A DNA stretch of 64,000 nucleotides from positions 3,785 through 67,784 of the forward strand of contig JAZRIS010000026.1 in assembly GCA_045645425.1 (NCBI GenBank), written 5' to 3'. The notes under the pieces were generated by a model that worked only from the letters and a program-made list of their open reading frames with translations, searched no databases and had not been told where the DNA came from. Shown here piece after piece: positions 20,968 to 30,469 of the stretch (position 1 is the first letter of the stretch; each line of letters opens with the position of its first letter). Source of the DNA: Barnesiella sp. (lineage in GTDB: Bacteria; Bacteroidota; Bacteroidia; Bacteroidales; Barnesiellaceae_A). A program made the position numbers and the translations under genes.

Positions 20968-22053
20968 CTACATAGAGTCGTATAACTCTTTGATTTGTTG
21001 GGCTATGTTGTCCCAATCGTATGGCGAGAGGTCGTATTGTCGAGGAGTGCGCAGGTTGTGTATTTTCTCTTCAAGTTTTTCTTTTAAAGAGTCTATATCG
21101 CTTGTCTTGTGGAAGTCTTGCGCATCAAGACACGATAGTGTGTTGGCGGGGATATCGCTTACTGTGACATCAAGATTGTAACTGAGAGCCTCTAAGAGCG
21201 CAATAGGCAATCCCTCATGTGAGGATGGTAATACATATAACGCTGCATGTGACAGTATTTCGTTGAGCTTTGCACCTCTGATAAAGCCTGTCAGTACCAC
21301 ATTGTTGTCGTGAGCCTTTTGTTTGAGTTGTCGGCTATATTCGTCGGGATGGTCGGCATCACCGGCAATGACAAGTCGATACTCGGTTGTAGCCAAGCGA
21401 CTGTAAGCATCTATAAGTTTGTCAAAACCTTTTTCTTTGACAAAACGACCTGTGGCAAGGATATACTTGCGAGGTTCGAGTCCAAGCGATTTGATGTATT
21501 CGGTTGATGTGGCGAGTTGAGGCGTGTTTACTCCGTTGTATATCAGGTTGGTGTCGTGTCTGTTGTGCTTGTTGCTACATATTTGAGCTATAACCTTTGA
21601 TATAACAACGACTTTGTTGGCGCAGCGTACGCCCCATGCTTCGCCTGTGCGAAGAATGAGTTTGGCGAGTTTTCCCCATTTCTGACGGTCGTAATCGGGG
21701 CCGTGATGTGTCATGACAACCTTGAGGCCCAAAAGTCGTGCAAATGGCACCAATAGAGAGGGGCCAATGGCATGAACGTGAACAATGTCGGCGTTCACTT
21801 TTCGTGCATATAGTAGAGCCAGAAAGGTGTGGATGATTGCTTCAAAACTTTTGCGTCGAGGAGCATATATATCATGCAGCTTTACGCCCTTGTAGTTGTT
21901 GCTTTCAATATCGGGAGTTACATAGCACGATCGGCGCACAACTGTTACGTCGCATCCCAATTTTACCAAGCGAGGATATAGCTCTTCGCAGTGAGTCTCT
22001 ACGCCTCCCATTATATTGGGTATGCCTCGCGTGCCTATAACAACAACTTTCAT
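20968..22053 (-). CDS. glycosyltransferase, GT4/GT1 fold with a DUF1972-type N-terminus (WchF-like)
   Basis: 361 aa. The N-terminus MKVVVIGTRGIPNIMGGVETHCEELYPRL is characteristic of DUF1972 glycosyltransferases, and the C-terminal block is PSSHEGLPIALLEAL. Confidence 0.7.
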   Translation of the reverse strand: MKVVVIGTRGIPNIMGGVETHCEELYPRLVKLGCDVTVVRRSCYVTPDIESNNYKGVKLHDIYAPRRKSFEAIIHTFLALLYARKVNADIVHVHAIGPSLLVPFARLLGLKVVMTHHGPDYDRQKWGKLAKLILRTGEAWGVRCANKVVVISKVIAQICSNKHNRHDTNLIYNGVNTPQLATSTEYIKSLGLEPRKYILATGRFVKEKGFDKLIDAYSRLATTEYRLVIAGDADHPDEYSRQLKQKAHDNNVVLTGFIRGAKLNEILSHAALYVLPSSHEGLPIALLEALSYNLDVTVSDIPANTLSCLDAQDFHKTSDIDSLKEKLEEKIHNLRTPRQYDLSPYDWDNIAQQIKELYDSM

Positions 22054-22059
22054 ATCTTC

Positions 22060-23127
22060 TTATTTGCGTGGTTGTAGATCTCCTTGTCGGGGGTCTTGTC
22101 CCACATCATACCATTTCTTGTCTATACATACGGGTTTTCCGCGCATTACATTCCATTTGTTGCGCAGTACCCATGCCAAAGGATGCTTGATGTAGGCTTT
22201 CTTTTTCATGACGGGCGAAGCGGTACCAACCATCCAACAGTTTTTGGGACAGGTGCGCACCAATTCTCTTACATGTTGGGCTTGTTCACTTTCCCATATC
22301 TCGGCAAAGTTTTTGGCCTTTTTAATGTTGCCCATGCTCTCTTTCCAAAATTTTTCTTCCAGACCATTGCATGGATATACTTCGCCATAGGGATCGACAA
22401 AGAAATTGACCATACCCGCCTCGCAAGGGAGCATGCGGCGGTTGCCTTCGATATAATTGATAAGACCCATGTTGAAGAATGCACGGAACCACGATTTGGG
22501 GTGCTTTTCCTTGAGCTGCATCTCAATGAGCTTGGCAAAATTGCTGCAAACTTCTTCTTTGTTGCTTATTGTATTGTCGTCTTTGTGGAAGTAGTATGAG
22601 TTGTGAAAAGCCGCCGTTGCAAATTCCATATTGAGCTTCTTTGACAAGCTGTATAATGATAGCATGTCGGAAGAGTTGTTGTTGGATACGGTGATGCCAA
22701 AACCAACATCTTTAACACCCATTTCGCGTAATTTCAAGAGTGTACGCAAGCCTTTGTCAAATCCTCCTTCGCGACCGCGCAACTCATCGTTTTTTTGTGA
22801 GAGGCCCTCTATACTGATGCGGATACCAATGTTGGGAAATCGCTTGGCAAGGGCAATAACTCTATCCTCAAACCATCCTGAAGTCGAAATGACAACACGG
22901 GGTGCCTTTCGGAAGGCTACCTCGACAATCTCTGCAAGGTCTTCACGAACAAAGGGCTCGCCTCCTGTGATATTGATAAATTTTACTTTGGGTAAAATTT
23001 CCAAATCTTTGGGCTGTATCTCATCCTTGGGGTTGGTGGGATTATTCCATATATTACACATCTTACAGCGCATGGGGCAACGGTAAGTGGTAATGATACT
23101 TATATCGGTGGGTGCTGGAATTTTCAT
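22060..23127 (-). CDS. radical SAM enzyme with a SPASM/twitch-like C-terminal Cys domain
   Basis: 355 aa. CPMRCKMC is a CxxxCxxC motif near the N-terminus, followed by GGEPF. The C-terminus has LPCEAG...YGEVYPC (Gx4C) and CPKNC. An exact caaatata -7 box lies at 23189-23196. Confidence 0.8.
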   Translation of the reverse strand: MKIPAPTDISIITTYRCPMRCKMCNIWNNPTNPKDEIQPKDLEILPKVKFINITGGEPFVREDLAEIVEVAFRKAPRVVISTSGWFEDRVIALAKRFPNIGIRISIEGLSQKNDELRGREGGFDKGLRTLLKLREMGVKDVGFGITVSNNNSSDMLSLYSLSKKLNMEFATAAFHNSYYFHKDDNTISNKEEVCSNFAKLIEMQLKEKHPKSWFRAFFNMGLINYIEGNRRMLPCEAGMVNFFVDPYGEVYPCNGLEEKFWKESMGNIKKAKNFAEIWESEQAQHVRELVRTCPKNCWMVGTASPVMKKKAYIKHPLAWVLRNKWNVMRGKPVCIDKKWYDVGQDPRQGDLQPRK

Positions 23128-23273
23128 GTCTAATATTTTTACAAATATTTGCCGGCAATATAGAGTGCTCTATTTGCATGACAATGTGCAAATATAGTAA
23201 AAAAATATTAGATAGAAGCCCGTAGATGTTTTTTTTAGAAAATTGTCAGAGGGTGTGCCGAGTTGTCTTTGCT

Positions 23274-24410
23274 TTACAGACTTTGTAGATATTGGTCGAT
23301 GTGTTGTGCAATATTCTCAAAGGATAATGTTTCATTACCGATTATCTCGTTCTTGAACGCATTGTTGTTGTGAGTTTGAAGATTGGGGTATGAATTGACC
23401 GGTATGTAGGGGCTTTCTTGTGTCGATTTTATCGCATTATAGTCGATAATCCAGATTGGCTTTTCAAAAAACAGCGGGAACATTAATGCTGTGCTATAGT
23501 GCCCTATGGCAAGGTCGCAATAGGCATATTCCTCTTTATTGGTAATGTATTTTACGGCAATGTCGGTATCGCTGTATAGTTGTGCGTATCGTTGTAATGA
23601 TTCGCGTGGGTGCAGGGCTACTACCAATGAAAGATTGTGTTGCTTAATATCATTGTTGAGTTTTATAAGCATCTCTTTCTCTTGGTCGTAGTTCCAGTCG
23701 GTTATCGTATCTAAGATAAACGGCTGATGTATGTATATGGCAACTCCATTGCGGGTGTCATTGCCTATTAATTGTTTTATATTGTTGTATTCTGTGTTAT
23801 TTTCAACAAGCGGATAGCCTATAAACTCGACACTGTGAGGCGAGTGGTGAAAATATTGATCGATGTGCTTGTAGCCGTATGGTGCAAAGAAGAAGGCACG
23901 AGTAAATTGTGTGCCACTGTAATCTTTTTTGCGAATGGCTTTGTAGAGTATAGACAACTCTTCCTTGAGGCGTTTGCTTTTTACAGCCATTTCTATGTAG
24001 CGATATAGAAAATATATATTGCGCGATAGAATATTGAGTACCTTGGAGGTGAATGCCTTCTTGTATGCTATATGTGCCGTGTCGCGCGAATATATGCCGT
24101 GTTCGAGAAAGAGGGTGGGCGTGTTTGACATTTTGGCCAAGCGCAACATATATAGCTCGTATATAGATATAAATCCCGGTAGAACAAAGGCTATGGGCTT
24201 GTCTTTGTGGAAAAGGTCTAAAATTTGCCGGGTGTTATAGTCCGAGATATCTATTTGGTGTATGTGGGCATACTCCTTATTGGCAAATCCATTCTTTTTG
24301 TTCAAGTGCAATATGGTGATATTGTACTCTTTCAACAGGAATTTGCAAATAGGATAGATAAAGTAATCTATAATACCTGTCTTGTGTATGTAGAAATATA
24401 TATTTCTCAT
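23274..24410 (-). CDS. uncharacterised capsule-locus protein, GT-B-like (possible nonulosonic-acid transferase)
   Basis: 378 aa, AT-rich, with no family I recognise confidently. The VVALHPRE (HP motif) and GHYSTAL blocks resemble bacterial sialyl-/polysialyltransferase and TagF-like folds. Its start overlaps the stop of the cytidylyltransferase gene by 4 nt. Confidence 0.35.
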   Translation of the reverse strand: MRNIYFYIHKTGIIDYFIYPICKFLLKEYNITILHLNKKNGFANKEYAHIHQIDISDYNTRQILDLFHKDKPIAFVLPGFISIYELYMLRLAKMSNTPTLFLEHGIYSRDTAHIAYKKAFTSKVLNILSRNIYFLYRYIEMAVKSKRLKEELSILYKAIRKKDYSGTQFTRAFFFAPYGYKHIDQYFHHSPHSVEFIGYPLVENNTEYNNIKQLIGNDTRNGVAIYIHQPFILDTITDWNYDQEKEMLIKLNNDIKQHNLSLVVALHPRESLQRYAQLYSDTDIAVKYITNKEEYAYCDLAIGHYSTALMFPLFFEKPIWIIDYNAIKSTQESPYIPVNSYPNLQTHNNNAFKNEIIGNETLSFENIAQHIDQYLQSL

Positions 24411-25570
24411 TCTTGCAATATAAATTCTATAAATTCTCTTACACAGCCTTCACCGCCTTTGAGCGAAAGTATTTTGATGCCCGGAATTTGTTTTATTTGC
24501 GACATTGCGTCATTGGGACAAGCCTTCAATCCGGCAGCCGAAAGCAGGTCGAAACAGTTGATGTCATCGCCAATGTATGCTACATTCTCGATAGAAATAT
24601 TCTCTTTATCGCATATTTCAAGTGCTGCGGCGAGCTTGCCTCCGTGTCGTTTGCCTTGGTACAAGTAGTCGATATTGAGCTTTTTGGCACGTCTGCTCAC
24701 TATGTCGGTTTCTTCCGATGTGATAATTGCAGTTTTGATACCGGCGTTTCGCAACAAGCTCATTCCCATACCGTCGTGGGTATTGAATTTTTTCAGTTCA
24801 TCGCCGTTTTCCGAGTAGTACATGCCTGCGTCGGTGAGAACTCCATCTACGTCGGTGATGAAGAGTTTTATGTTGTGCTTGTTGTCCTTATTGTGCGACA
24901 AGACGTGCCTTTGCATCAAATTTTCTATAATAGCCCAGTCGTCGGGTTCATCTATTTCGGTGGCAGTATATTCGGGCATTTCGTAGATGCCTATTTTGCC
25001 ACTGAGCCTATTGCCCGAGAGTCGTATGTTGGCAACGGTATTGATGTAGAAAGCTCCGTTTTCCATCAACTGTCCGTCGAAGTTTTGACGGCGCGGGCGG
25101 TTGCGATAATCATAGTTTTGGCTTGTGCCATCGCTATTCCAAAAGAAGCGGAAGTTGCGCACACAGGTGAGCATAGAGTCGTAATTGTGCATCGAATAGC
25201 TTTGCAGCGCTTCGGCAAAATGCTTGGTCTGTGTGAGCGGCGAAGTGGCTTGGACAAGCATAAATATATAGTCGTCGGGTAGTTGGGCATAGTCGATATA
25301 TTCCAACATAACACTCTCGGTAGAGGCGGTGTCGGTTGCATTTTGAGCTTGGCGACGATATAGTTTTGTTTTTTTATAATTGCGCGATTGGACCGTTTGT
25401 TCTATCTCGTCAGAGTCGGTTGCAACAACAATTTCATCGACAAGCTCGCATGCTTCGAGAGCCTCAATGTTCCAGCAAACCAAAGGCTTGTTGCATAGAG
25501 GTTTTATGTTCTTGAGAGGGATAGATTTACTGCCTCCTCTCACGGGAATAAATGCCACGACTTTACTCAT
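24407..25570 (-). CDS. bifunctional acylneuraminate (nonulosonate) cytidylyltransferase / HAD-IIIA KdsC-like sugar-acid phosphatase
   Basis: 387 aa. The N-terminus AFIPVRGGSKSIPLKNIKPL is CMP-NeuAc/KDO synthetase-like. The C-terminus FITDVDGVLTD...NTHDGMG...YIGDD carries the HAD DxDxV motifs of the KdsC / KDN-9-P phosphatase type. Confidence 0.8.
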   Translation of the reverse strand: MSKVVAFIPVRGGSKSIPLKNIKPLCNKPLVCWNIEALEACELVDEIVVATDSDEIEQTVQSRNYKKTKLYRRQAQNATDTASTESVMLEYIDYAQLPDDYIFMLVQATSPLTQTKHFAEALQSYSMHNYDSMLTCVRNFRFFWNSDGTSQNYDYRNRPRRQNFDGQLMENGAFYINTVANIRLSGNRLSGKIGIYEMPEYTATEIDEPDDWAIIENLMQRHVLSHNKDNKHNIKLFITDVDGVLTDAGMYYSENGDELKKFNTHDGMGMSLLRNAGIKTAIITSEETDIVSRRAKKLNIDYLYQGKRHGGKLAAALEICDKENISIENVAYIGDDINCFDLLSAAGLKACPNDAMSQIKQIPGIKILSLKGGEGCVREFIEFILQE

Positions 25571-25574
25571 CTTA

Positions 25575-26447
25575 TTACCACTTAACTTGGTTCCTTTTCA
25601 ATTTGTTGCGTTGAACGGCTTCTATGTCGAGAATTTCTTTCTCTTTGTAAGTGAGTGATTTGGCAACGGCACGACAGTCACGGGCTAATTTGCGCACACC
25701 ATCAGGCTCAAGTGATGCTGCATGGTCGGTACCTTTCCATGTTCTATCGAGGGTGTAGTGACGCTCGATATATTCAGCTCCGAGCGCTACGGCAGCCGAG
25801 TCTATGGCAATGCCGAGGTGGTGTCCGGAGAAACCTATTGCTTTCACTCTGTGTGCAAATTGGGTTTTCAATCGGTTTATTTCCAAAAGGCACACATCTT
25901 CAAAGGGTACGGGGTATCCCGATGTGCAATTATAAATTACAAGATCTTGGTTGCGTCTTTTCTGCTCAAAGAAGGCAACGATTTTCTCTTCCTCCTCATG
26001 TGTAGTCATACCAAAAGATAGGTGAATTTCGCCATGGAAATTATCGCAGAGGTATTCCAGCATTTCTCTGTTGAGGTTGCAAGCAGAAGGAACTTTTATA
26101 ATCTTGGGGTTAAGAGAGGTTATTTCGCGAGCCGAAGTTACATCCCATACCGATGTCGAATATTCGATATTAAACTCGTTGCACCACTCCAATAGTTGTT
26201 TGTGCTGTTCGAGAGTAAATTCGAGAAATTCTCTATGCTGACCGTAAGTGTCACCATAGGAGTTGGAGGGATTGGGGTGAGGTGCATTGTATTCTTCGGG
26301 AGTTAATAACTCGGTATTGCATCTTTTTTGAAATTTAACGATGTCGGCATTGCAATATGTGGCTGCTGTTTTTATCATTTCATACGCAATAGACATGTCG
26401 CCTTTGTGGTTGCAGCCTATTTCTGCTATTATTTTGGGTGTTTTCAT
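25575..26447 (-). CDS. neuB: NeuB-family nonulosonic acid (9-phosphate?) synthase, short form
   Basis: 290 aa with IIAEIGCNHKGD at the N-terminus and a TIM-barrel NeuB core. It ends without an obvious C-terminal SAF/antifreeze-like domain. Confidence 0.75.
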   Translation of the reverse strand: MKTPKIIAEIGCNHKGDMSIAYEMIKTAATYCNADIVKFQKRCNTELLTPEEYNAPHPNPSNSYGDTYGQHREFLEFTLEQHKQLLEWCNEFNIEYSTSVWDVTSAREITSLNPKIIKVPSACNLNREMLEYLCDNFHGEIHLSFGMTTHEEEEKIVAFFEQKRRNQDLVIYNCTSGYPVPFEDVCLLEINRLKTQFAHRVKAIGFSGHHLGIAIDSAAVALGAEYIERHYTLDRTWKGTDHAASLEPDGVRKLARDCRAVAKSLTYKEKEILDIEAVQRNKLKRNQVKW

Positions 26448-27583
26448 TGTAGTAGGTCTTTATATTGTGTTTGTATATATGTATTCATTTGGGTTATATA
26501 GTCGGTGGCTTGTTGTGATAGTTGTACTCGCCACTGTGGTTGTTCTATTAAGTCTATGATATGTTGTGCATATTCTTCGTATGTATGTCCTACCAATGCG
26601 GGCAACTCTTGTATTTTGTATAGCCCTTCTATGCTGTGGGCATCTACAACGATTGCCTTTCCGTATGAGAGTGCTTCGAGTGTCTTTATCTTTAAGCCGG
26701 TGCCTTGATATATGGGATTGATGACAATATCACCTTGTTTGTAGAATTGACACACATCGTCAATGCGGCCTTGCAGTGTTATGTTGCTGTGTGTAATGTT
26801 TTGTAGCTTACTGCATATATTGCCTGCAATGATGAGGTGAGCTTGAGGATGCTTGTCGAGGACTAACGGGAATATGTTGTCGATAAATCGTCTTATTCCA
26901 TTTATATTCAGCGCACTATCGCCCGAGAAGAATAGAATGTTCTTGTTCTCGGTGGTGCATTTTGCCTCGTGAACGGGAAATACCGAAAATACGGTTTTTA
27001 CGTCGCTATGAGGTGCCAAGTACTTGAAGAGGGTAGTTTCGTTTTCTTGTATCGACAACACTGTGTCGCAACGGCGTATGGCTTGAGCCTCGTCGTTGGG
27101 CTTGAGGTTGAAGAATGTCTTGTTTGTTTGCAATCGTTCGTTCTTGTATGTAAAGCAATCGTGCGAGAATAATACCTTTTGACAGTCTATTTGAGCCGTA
27201 AAGAGCCTTGATAGAGTGAGATAATTGATGATGATAATGTCAAAATGGTGTTTCTTTTGCAGTTTCTTTACATACGATGTAAGACCGAATGGGTATTTCT
27301 CATCCAAGTAGTTGAACGGAGTGAAAAATGACCTTACTTTTCCCCACATTCTGAATGGTATTTCCCACAATAAATTTCGGTTGTAGATGTGTAACTTTTC
27401 TCCCCAATAATTACGAAGGGTTTCAAGGTCGTCTTGGCTCAACTTCTTGGCTCCTTGAAGGTACAAAAAAGAGACATCGGCATTCAAATTTTTGAGCATT
27501 TCGCAATATTCAAAAATGCATTTTTGATTGCCGGCATACATGGGTGGTGTATGATTTTGCGATATAACCAAAATTTTTTTCAT
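26444..27583 (-). CDS. glycosyltransferase family 4
   Basis: 379 aa. The C-terminal GT-B block is INPIYQGTGLKIKTLEALSYGKAIV. An exact caaagata box at 27602-27609 suggests an internal promoter. Confidence 0.7.
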   Translation of the reverse strand: MKKILVISQNHTPPMYAGNQKCIFEYCEMLKNLNADVSFLYLQGAKKLSQDDLETLRNYWGEKLHIYNRNLLWEIPFRMWGKVRSFFTPFNYLDEKYPFGLTSYVKKLQKKHHFDIIIINYLTLSRLFTAQIDCQKVLFSHDCFTYKNERLQTNKTFFNLKPNDEAQAIRRCDTVLSIQENETTLFKYLAPHSDVKTVFSVFPVHEAKCTTENKNILFFSGDSALNINGIRRFIDNIFPLVLDKHPQAHLIIAGNICSKLQNITHSNITLQGRIDDVCQFYKQGDIVINPIYQGTGLKIKTLEALSYGKAIVVDAHSIEGLYKIQELPALVGHTYEEYAQHIIDLIEQPQWRVQLSQQATDYITQMNTYIQTQYKDLLQ

Positions 27584-27648
27584 CTCTTTTTGCCGTTTTT
27601 ACAAAGATACAATTTATGTTTGATATGTAAAGGAAAAGTGAGATTTTC

Positions 27649-29037
27649 TTATGTGTTTTTATCAAATGATTTGTTGTATGGGGCGCAGGCAACTATGAAG
27701 AATGCAAAAATCCAAATATTTCTCATAGGTGCATTCATCGGTGCCCAGTCGCTCATACCATGTACCAACAGATAGCAGAGAACTCCAATGGCAAATAATG
27801 CCGCAATGTGATAATTGGCCGGTGCTTCTCGGCGTAGTTGTTTCTTGATATTTGTAAATTTTTTTATTATAAAGACTATGATGGGAATAAATCCTATAAC
27901 GCCCAATTCGGTGAGGAATATGAGAAATATATTGTGAATGGGGTTGCTGAATATAAACTCTTCGGGGCGCCACGAGGATGTATTCAAGATTGTAAATATA
28001 TCGGGGTTGATATTGTTGCGTATGTATTCGAGGTGTGCATTAAGACCTACTCCAATGAATGGATGTTCGCCTATGGTCTCAAATGCACAATAGAAGTGCA
28101 TAAGACGCGCAATAAACATTTCATTGACGTTACTGCCTACAAAGCTCTCTTTGATAGGTGTGAGAAATATGAGTGCAACTGTCAAAATGATAAGTGGCAG
28201 GATACGATACATGATATTTTGTACCGTAAAGATAGAGCCATTGCGAGTATTGTATATCAAGTACATGATACCCACTGCAAATATACTTGCCAATAGAGCC
28301 GAGCGTGAGAAGGTAAAAAAGAGTACAAAACCTGCTAATAGGGCAAGCACGATGCTCTTCTTCTTTTTATAACCATATAGTGCGCAGGCTGTAAAAAAAG
28401 TTATTGCGTATGAAATGTATCCGCCCAATACGTTGGGGTGGGCAAAAGTACCCGGGGCACCGGGGCGTTCCTCTGCTCGTATTGATACACCTTCTCTGAA
28501 TAGTTCGGTGACTTGATATATACCCAATATGGGGTAGCAAAGTGTAAGAACCGATTCGAGAATGACGGTGTATGTAAACCCCTCATATATACCTCTTATT
28601 ATCACCTCTATCGAAGTGCTTGAGCATACAATATATAGGAATAATAGGTAGAGTAATAGTTGGGTAATGGCTATTACGGTAGATGGAACAGCCATATTGT
28701 TGGGGTTGAATATGTTGAGAAGGGCGAAAATGATAATTCCAAGTACAACGTACCATGGTATGGGCAACATCTGCCATTTGTGACGATGTGATAGTACGAT
28801 AAAGAATATAGGGGCAATAATCATGAATACTTCCAACCTTAGCATATAGCCAAAAGTACCATCGGTATATTGATTGTCTAAGCTGAAAAATGTGAGGCCG
28901 AAGTTTACACAGTTGGTAAATATAAAAAAGGAGATAAAAATCTCGCACCATTTGTCAAAGGTGAGATGACGGGAGTTGTGTAGGATTTTGATACCATACA
29001 CCAATACCGATATGACGATAAGTAGTATTGCTCCCAT
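27649..29037 (-). CDS. wzy: O-antigen/capsule repeat-unit polymerase (Wzy / O-antigen ligase family)
   Basis: 462 aa with about 10-12 TM helices and a large loop containing the TFSRSALLA-type motif. AT-rich. Confidence 0.6.
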   Translation of the reverse strand: MGAILLIVISVLVYGIKILHNSRHLTFDKWCEIFISFFIFTNCVNFGLTFFSLDNQYTDGTFGYMLRLEVFMIIAPIFFIVLSHRHKWQMLPIPWYVVLGIIIFALLNIFNPNNMAVPSTVIAITQLLLYLLFLYIVCSSTSIEVIIRGIYEGFTYTVILESVLTLCYPILGIYQVTELFREGVSIRAEERPGAPGTFAHPNVLGGYISYAITFFTACALYGYKKKKSIVLALLAGFVLFFTFSRSALLASIFAVGIMYLIYNTRNGSIFTVQNIMYRILPLIILTVALIFLTPIKESFVGSNVNEMFIARLMHFYCAFETIGEHPFIGVGLNAHLEYIRNNINPDIFTILNTSSWRPEEFIFSNPIHNIFLIFLTELGVIGFIPIIVFIIKKFTNIKKQLRREAPANYHIAALFAIGVLCYLLVHGMSDWAPMNAPMRNIWIFAFFIVACAPYNKSFDKNT

Positions 29038-29040
29038 GAT

Positions 29041-30435
29041 TTACTTCCCTTTGGTTGTAATAAAACGCTTGGCATATACCGCCAATGCGATTGTACCTAT
29101 AATGAGTAGTATGATGTTGGCATATATGGGCATGGTTATGTAGGCCAATATGCCTCCTATTGCGAGTATCAGCAACGACAAAAGGAAGAGGTGGTTGGGC
29201 GCAATCTTAAAGAAAAATCGCGTGTCGAACATGCGATATACCATCAGGTAACCATACGATATGACGAGCGATATAGATATACCCATAAGCCCCCACCGGC
29301 TGGCTGCAAAGTAGTATAGTGCAACGGCAAGGAAGGCGGTAGATATGATTGAGGGTAGTCCGCGATGGGTCTTGCGTGAGCATTGATATGCAAGGTCGAG
29401 AAATGAGCCCATGGCGTGTAATAACACTGCTATGAAGAGAGGGAATATGTATATATAACTCTCTTGATAGGCCTCGGCTACTATGTGGGGATAGAGAAGG
29501 CGCAGAGCCAATGTGCTCAACACTACTGTGGAGCTTAGTAGCAAAAAGTAGATGTTGAATATCCGTGAAAAGAACTGATTGCTATCCTTTGAGTTCATCT
29601 CTTTGATGGCTGTTTCTTGCCATGTCTGGTAGAATATGCTGGCAGCAATTTGCAGGATGTTGGAGAACTTCACCGCTATGGCAAAGATGCCATTGTATTC
29701 GAGTCCCAAGTATCGCTCGATAAATATTTTGCTCGAACTCTCTATAATCCACCATGCCAATACGTTGGGCAATAGGGGTATAGTGTATTTGAGCAACTCT
29801 TTGCCAATGCCTTTGCTGCACTCTTTGCGATGCTTGAGGTATATGGGTATAAACTTGAAGCGTACCTCGATAATAATGAGCGATATGACTCGGCTGATGA
29901 GATTGGCCAAGAATATAGCCAGCACGCCCATCTTGCATACTACCAAGAATATAATACTGAGTACAAGTATGAGCAGTGTGTTGATGATGCTGATATTGAC
30001 AAAGAAACGTGTGTGTCCCAATCCTCTCACTACCTGTATCATCACTTCGTAGCAGGCATAAGCAATGAGTGTTGCTACAATGACCGGATAGTAAGGTAGG
30101 TGTGACAGATAGTAGTAGCCAATGACCGATACAATAGCTATAACAATGCTGTTGCGAGCAAGTGTGCGTATGACGTAAGAGATAACGTCTTTTTGTGGAT
30201 GTGGGCAGGTCTTGTCTATGAGAAATCGGAAAGCACCGTCGCGCAAGTCAAATGTCACGAAGGGTACCAACATCATAATGAGCGTAATAGACAAGTCGAA
30301 GTAACCCATTTCTTCCTTTGCAAGGAAAAAGGTGTACAATGGCATCAGAGCAAAGGCTATGAGCTTTGCTCCTATTGTTCCTATCGCATAGATAGAGAAT
30401 GTGTTGATAAATGCCTTACCTCGACTTTGACTCAT
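29041..30435 (-). CDS. wzx: oligosaccharide flippase (Wzx, MOP superfamily)
   Basis: 464 aa and polytopic. The N-terminus NTFSIYAIGTIGAKLIAFALMPLYTFFL is typical of polysaccharide biosynthesis (PST) flippases. Confidence 0.7.
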   Translation of the reverse strand: MSQSRGKAFINTFSIYAIGTIGAKLIAFALMPLYTFFLAKEEMGYFDLSITLIMMLVPFVTFDLRDGAFRFLIDKTCPHPQKDVISYVIRTLARNSIVIAIVSVIGYYYLSHLPYYPVIVATLIAYACYEVMIQVVRGLGHTRFFVNISIINTLLILVLSIIFLVVCKMGVLAIFLANLISRVISLIIIEVRFKFIPIYLKHRKECSKGIGKELLKYTIPLLPNVLAWWIIESSSKIFIERYLGLEYNGIFAIAVKFSNILQIAASIFYQTWQETAIKEMNSKDSNQFFSRIFNIYFLLLSSTVVLSTLALRLLYPHIVAEAYQESYIYIFPLFIAVLLHAMGSFLDLAYQCSRKTHRGLPSIISTAFLAVALYYFAASRWGLMGISISLVISYGYLMVYRMFDTRFFFKIAPNHLFLLSLLILAIGGILAYITMPIYANIILLIIGTIALAVYAKRFITTKGK

Positions 30436-30469
30436 CTTGTGTCAGTTGAGATTGTTTCCCGATTTTTAT

